Source of the DNA: Octopus vulgaris
Taxonomy: Eukaryota
DNA length: 64,000 nucleotides
Assembly: GCA_951406725.2 (NCBI GenBank)
Contig: OX597829.1
Coordinates: 46,562,001-46,626,000, forward strand
Reading direction: 5' to 3'
The notes beneath the pieces are model-generated. The model saw only the letters and a list, made by a program, of their open reading frames with translations. It made no database searches and had not been told where the DNA came from. The position numbers and the translations under genes were made by a program. Shown piece after piece: positions 61,304 to 64,000 of this stretch; the first letter of the stretch is position 1; the number at the start of each line of letters is the position of its first letter.

Positions 61304-61600
61304 AGGAAAATGCACACACTTTACATAGTTTTAATATAATTTTTAATATATCGACCGGTTTCGCTTTCGCTATTCATGATATTCTGGCTTATTTATTTCA
61401 ATATGTATTTTCTTTAGTAGAAATATTTTGAACAAAAATAAATAAAACCTTAGTATCATGAATAGCTAAAGTGAAACCGGTCAATATATTAAATATTATA
61501 TTAAAACTATGTGAAGTGTGTGTATTTTCTTTTTTAATTTCTTATATTAAAACCCACCACATGGGGATGATCGAAATTCCCTCTTTTCTATTACTACTAT
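61298..61600. mobile_element. Short Penelope-type insertion with ~90-bp inverted arms (61298-61388 / 61448-61538), each arm holding a hammerhead motif
   Basis: Inverted repeat flanked by (TA)n. Confidence 0.7.
61348..61382 (-). ncRNA. Minimal hammerhead motif with variant A3-U8 core
   Basis: Minus strand atatc-ATGAATA-GC gaaa GC-GAAAC-CG-GTC-gatat; second, slightly mutated copy on + at 61453-61487. Confidence 0.65.
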
Positions 61601-62142
61601 ATATATATATATATGTGTGTATGTGTGTGCGTGTGTGTGTGCACAAACATATATATTTACATAGATAGAGCGATTGTTATGTACGTGTGTATCTGTATGC
61701 ATGAATGTATGTATACATTTTTTGTATATTTTGTTTTTATATTTTGGTTTTCTACACATTTTCCAATCGAATGGTCACGCACGCTTTACTATCGTTCTTA
61801 TAAATTATGTCTCCCATTTCAAATATCAGTTACCCGAACAGAGTCGCTTGCTAAACTTGGAATAGTAAAAGATAGTAATTCGCAAAACTACTACAATGTT
61901 AATTGCTTTTCTATTGACTAATTTCCTCTCTTGTTTTGTGAATTCAAATTCCCGCATCACATGCTCATGCTGACATGCGTAAACACAATGAAACACCTAT
62001 ATGTAATTACACTCTGATACACATGTAGAATATACATTTGATATACGTGTAAAGGAAAAAACATAAAGCCAGAGAACCAGAGGACTGTTGAAATAAAGAT
62101 TGCTCCTACATGTGTATATATATATATACATACATACATGTG

Positions 62143-62287
<145 letters not shown>

Positions 62288-62441
62288 ATGTATGCATAGT
62301 ATTAAATATATATTTACATGTAATGCCCATAATCATATATATACGCAAATATATGTGTACACGCAGTACTGTATTTATAGTACGAAACAAGGCCGACATT
62401 CAAATTCACACACACACACACACATACAAACACACACAGAC

Positions 62442-62477
<36 letters not shown>

Positions 62478-63321
62478 GTAGTATAATACAACCATAAATA
62501 ATAATATAAAATTAAAGAGGTTGCTTTAGTATAATTTACTTAAATGTCTCGATCTATAGCAGAAAGGCAATGTTTGATTGGAACAGAATATATATATATA
62601 TAACACCATAATATCTACAGCTATTATTAACTAAAGCTTAAAATATAGATTAGTTTTAAGTATTTTTATTCATATATATTCTATATCCATTTATATTCAT
62701 GTTTTGTTGTCGTTGTTTTTTTTAAAATTTTGTCGTTGACTAATTTCCTTCTTTTTAAGAATATATTATATTGTCACTTGGCTTGGCGCTCGAATATGTT
62801 CGAGTAATGTTCTTTCATTTGCAGTTATTTTAATAGGCTCTTTATCATCGCTATTTAACTTTATATTAATGTTATTTTCTTTTTGTTTTCCACTAACTAA
62901 ACACGAATGTTAAATTCACAAATATATATATACGCAAAAAAAATTTTTTAAATGCAAGAACATACACAAAAGATAAAAAAAGAAAAATATACTAAAAACA
63001 AAAATGTAAAAGGAAACAAAAAAAAGTCTATAGAATGAAATGAATTGGTCTATTTCGCCATGTGAAAAATATACCATATAAATTTATTCGAAGTTAATAA
63101 CTTTCTCAATAAACTTTGCTAAACTTGCCTAGGTTAATATAGTAAGTTTTAAATGCTTTTATTCCTGCTGCAGTTCTCATTTGAATCTGTTTCTCAGCAA
63201 TAACATTAAACTGGAAGAGAATTCAGTATTGCATTTCCTATTACAAATGTAAATAAAAAAAAGAGAAGACTAAATGGTTGCATTAGCATGATCCATTTAT
63301 TTATGTGTATATGTATATAAT

Positions 63322-63711
63322 GGTGGAAGCACTCCGTCGGTTACGACGATGAGGGTTCCGGTTGATCCGAATCAACGGAACAACCTGCTCGTGAAATTAA
63401 CGTGTAAGTGGCTGAGCACTCCACAGACACGTGTACCCTTAACGTAGTTCTCGGGGGATATTCAGCGTGACACAGAGAGTGACAAGGCCGGCCCTTTGAA
63501 ATACAGGTACAACAGAAACAGGAAGTAAGAGTGAGAGAAAGTTGTGGTGAAAGAATACAGCAGGGGTCACCACCATCCCTTGCTGGAGCCTCGTGGAGCT
63601 TTAGGTGTTTTCTCACTCAATAAACACTCACAACGCCCGGTCTGGGAATCGAAACCGCGATCCTACGACCGCGAGTCCGCTGCCCTAACCACTGGGCCAT
63701 TGCGCCTCCAC
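63322..63711 (-). mobile_element. tRNA-derived SINE, third family, full length with 11-bp TSD
   Basis: Head ggaggcgcaatggcccagtggttaggg...ggtttcgattccc; TSD atgtatataat at 63311-63321 and 63712-63722. Confidence 0.85.
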
Positions 63712-63879
63712 ATGTATATAATATTCCTTGTATTAATGTATGCATATTTGTATGTGACTATACCTATAATATATATATATATATATATATAAATATAAAT
63801 ATGCACAAACATATACATACAATATATATGTATATTGTTTTATGCTTTTCTCGTTTTAGATGCTTCAAACATCTCCCTC

Positions 63880-64000
63880 CGGCCATGCTGGAGCACCGCC
63901 TTTAAAAGGCATTAGTTGAAGAAATCGACTCCCAGGGCTTTTTCTTTAGTAGCCTAGTACATATTCTATCAGACTTTTTGGCCGAACCACTAAGTTAAGG
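63880..64000 (-). mobile_element. SINE family A-related 3' module, cut by the window edge
   Basis: ggccatgctggagcaccgcc...gccgaaccactaagtta. Confidence 0.7.

Overview
AT-rich, microsatellite-saturated animal DNA with no intact host protein-coding gene that I can recognise. The repeat repertoire resembles octopod (Octopus-like) cephalopod DNA; this is an inference. Nearly all non-microsatellite sequence is mobile-element derived: (i) at least 12 copies of a tRNA/CORE-type SINE with an internal (TA)n(TG)n tract; (ii) a second SINE family that inserts at GGTA and nests into itself; (iii) five non-autonomous Helitrons and one DINE-1/HINE-like element; (iv) decayed R4/Dong-like, RTE, L1/Tx1, Penelope and mariner/Tc1 fossils; (v) a 5S rRNA retrocopy fused to a retroposon 3' tail. 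The most notable hidden layer is a set of minimal hammerhead ribozyme motifs carried by several unrelated short elements sitting in (TA)n tracts. These include an intact type I motif (43251-43343), motifs with a compensated 3-8 core pair (A3-U8 at 61348-61382, U3-A8 at ~42610-42640), and a tRNA-headed SINE that carries a hammerhead (34761-35125). Other oddities are a Helitron bracketed exactly by a 234-bp direct duplication and a ~200-bp inverted duplication enclosing a ~4.2-kb TE block. Almost all ORFs in the supplied track are microsatellite or SINE artefacts.
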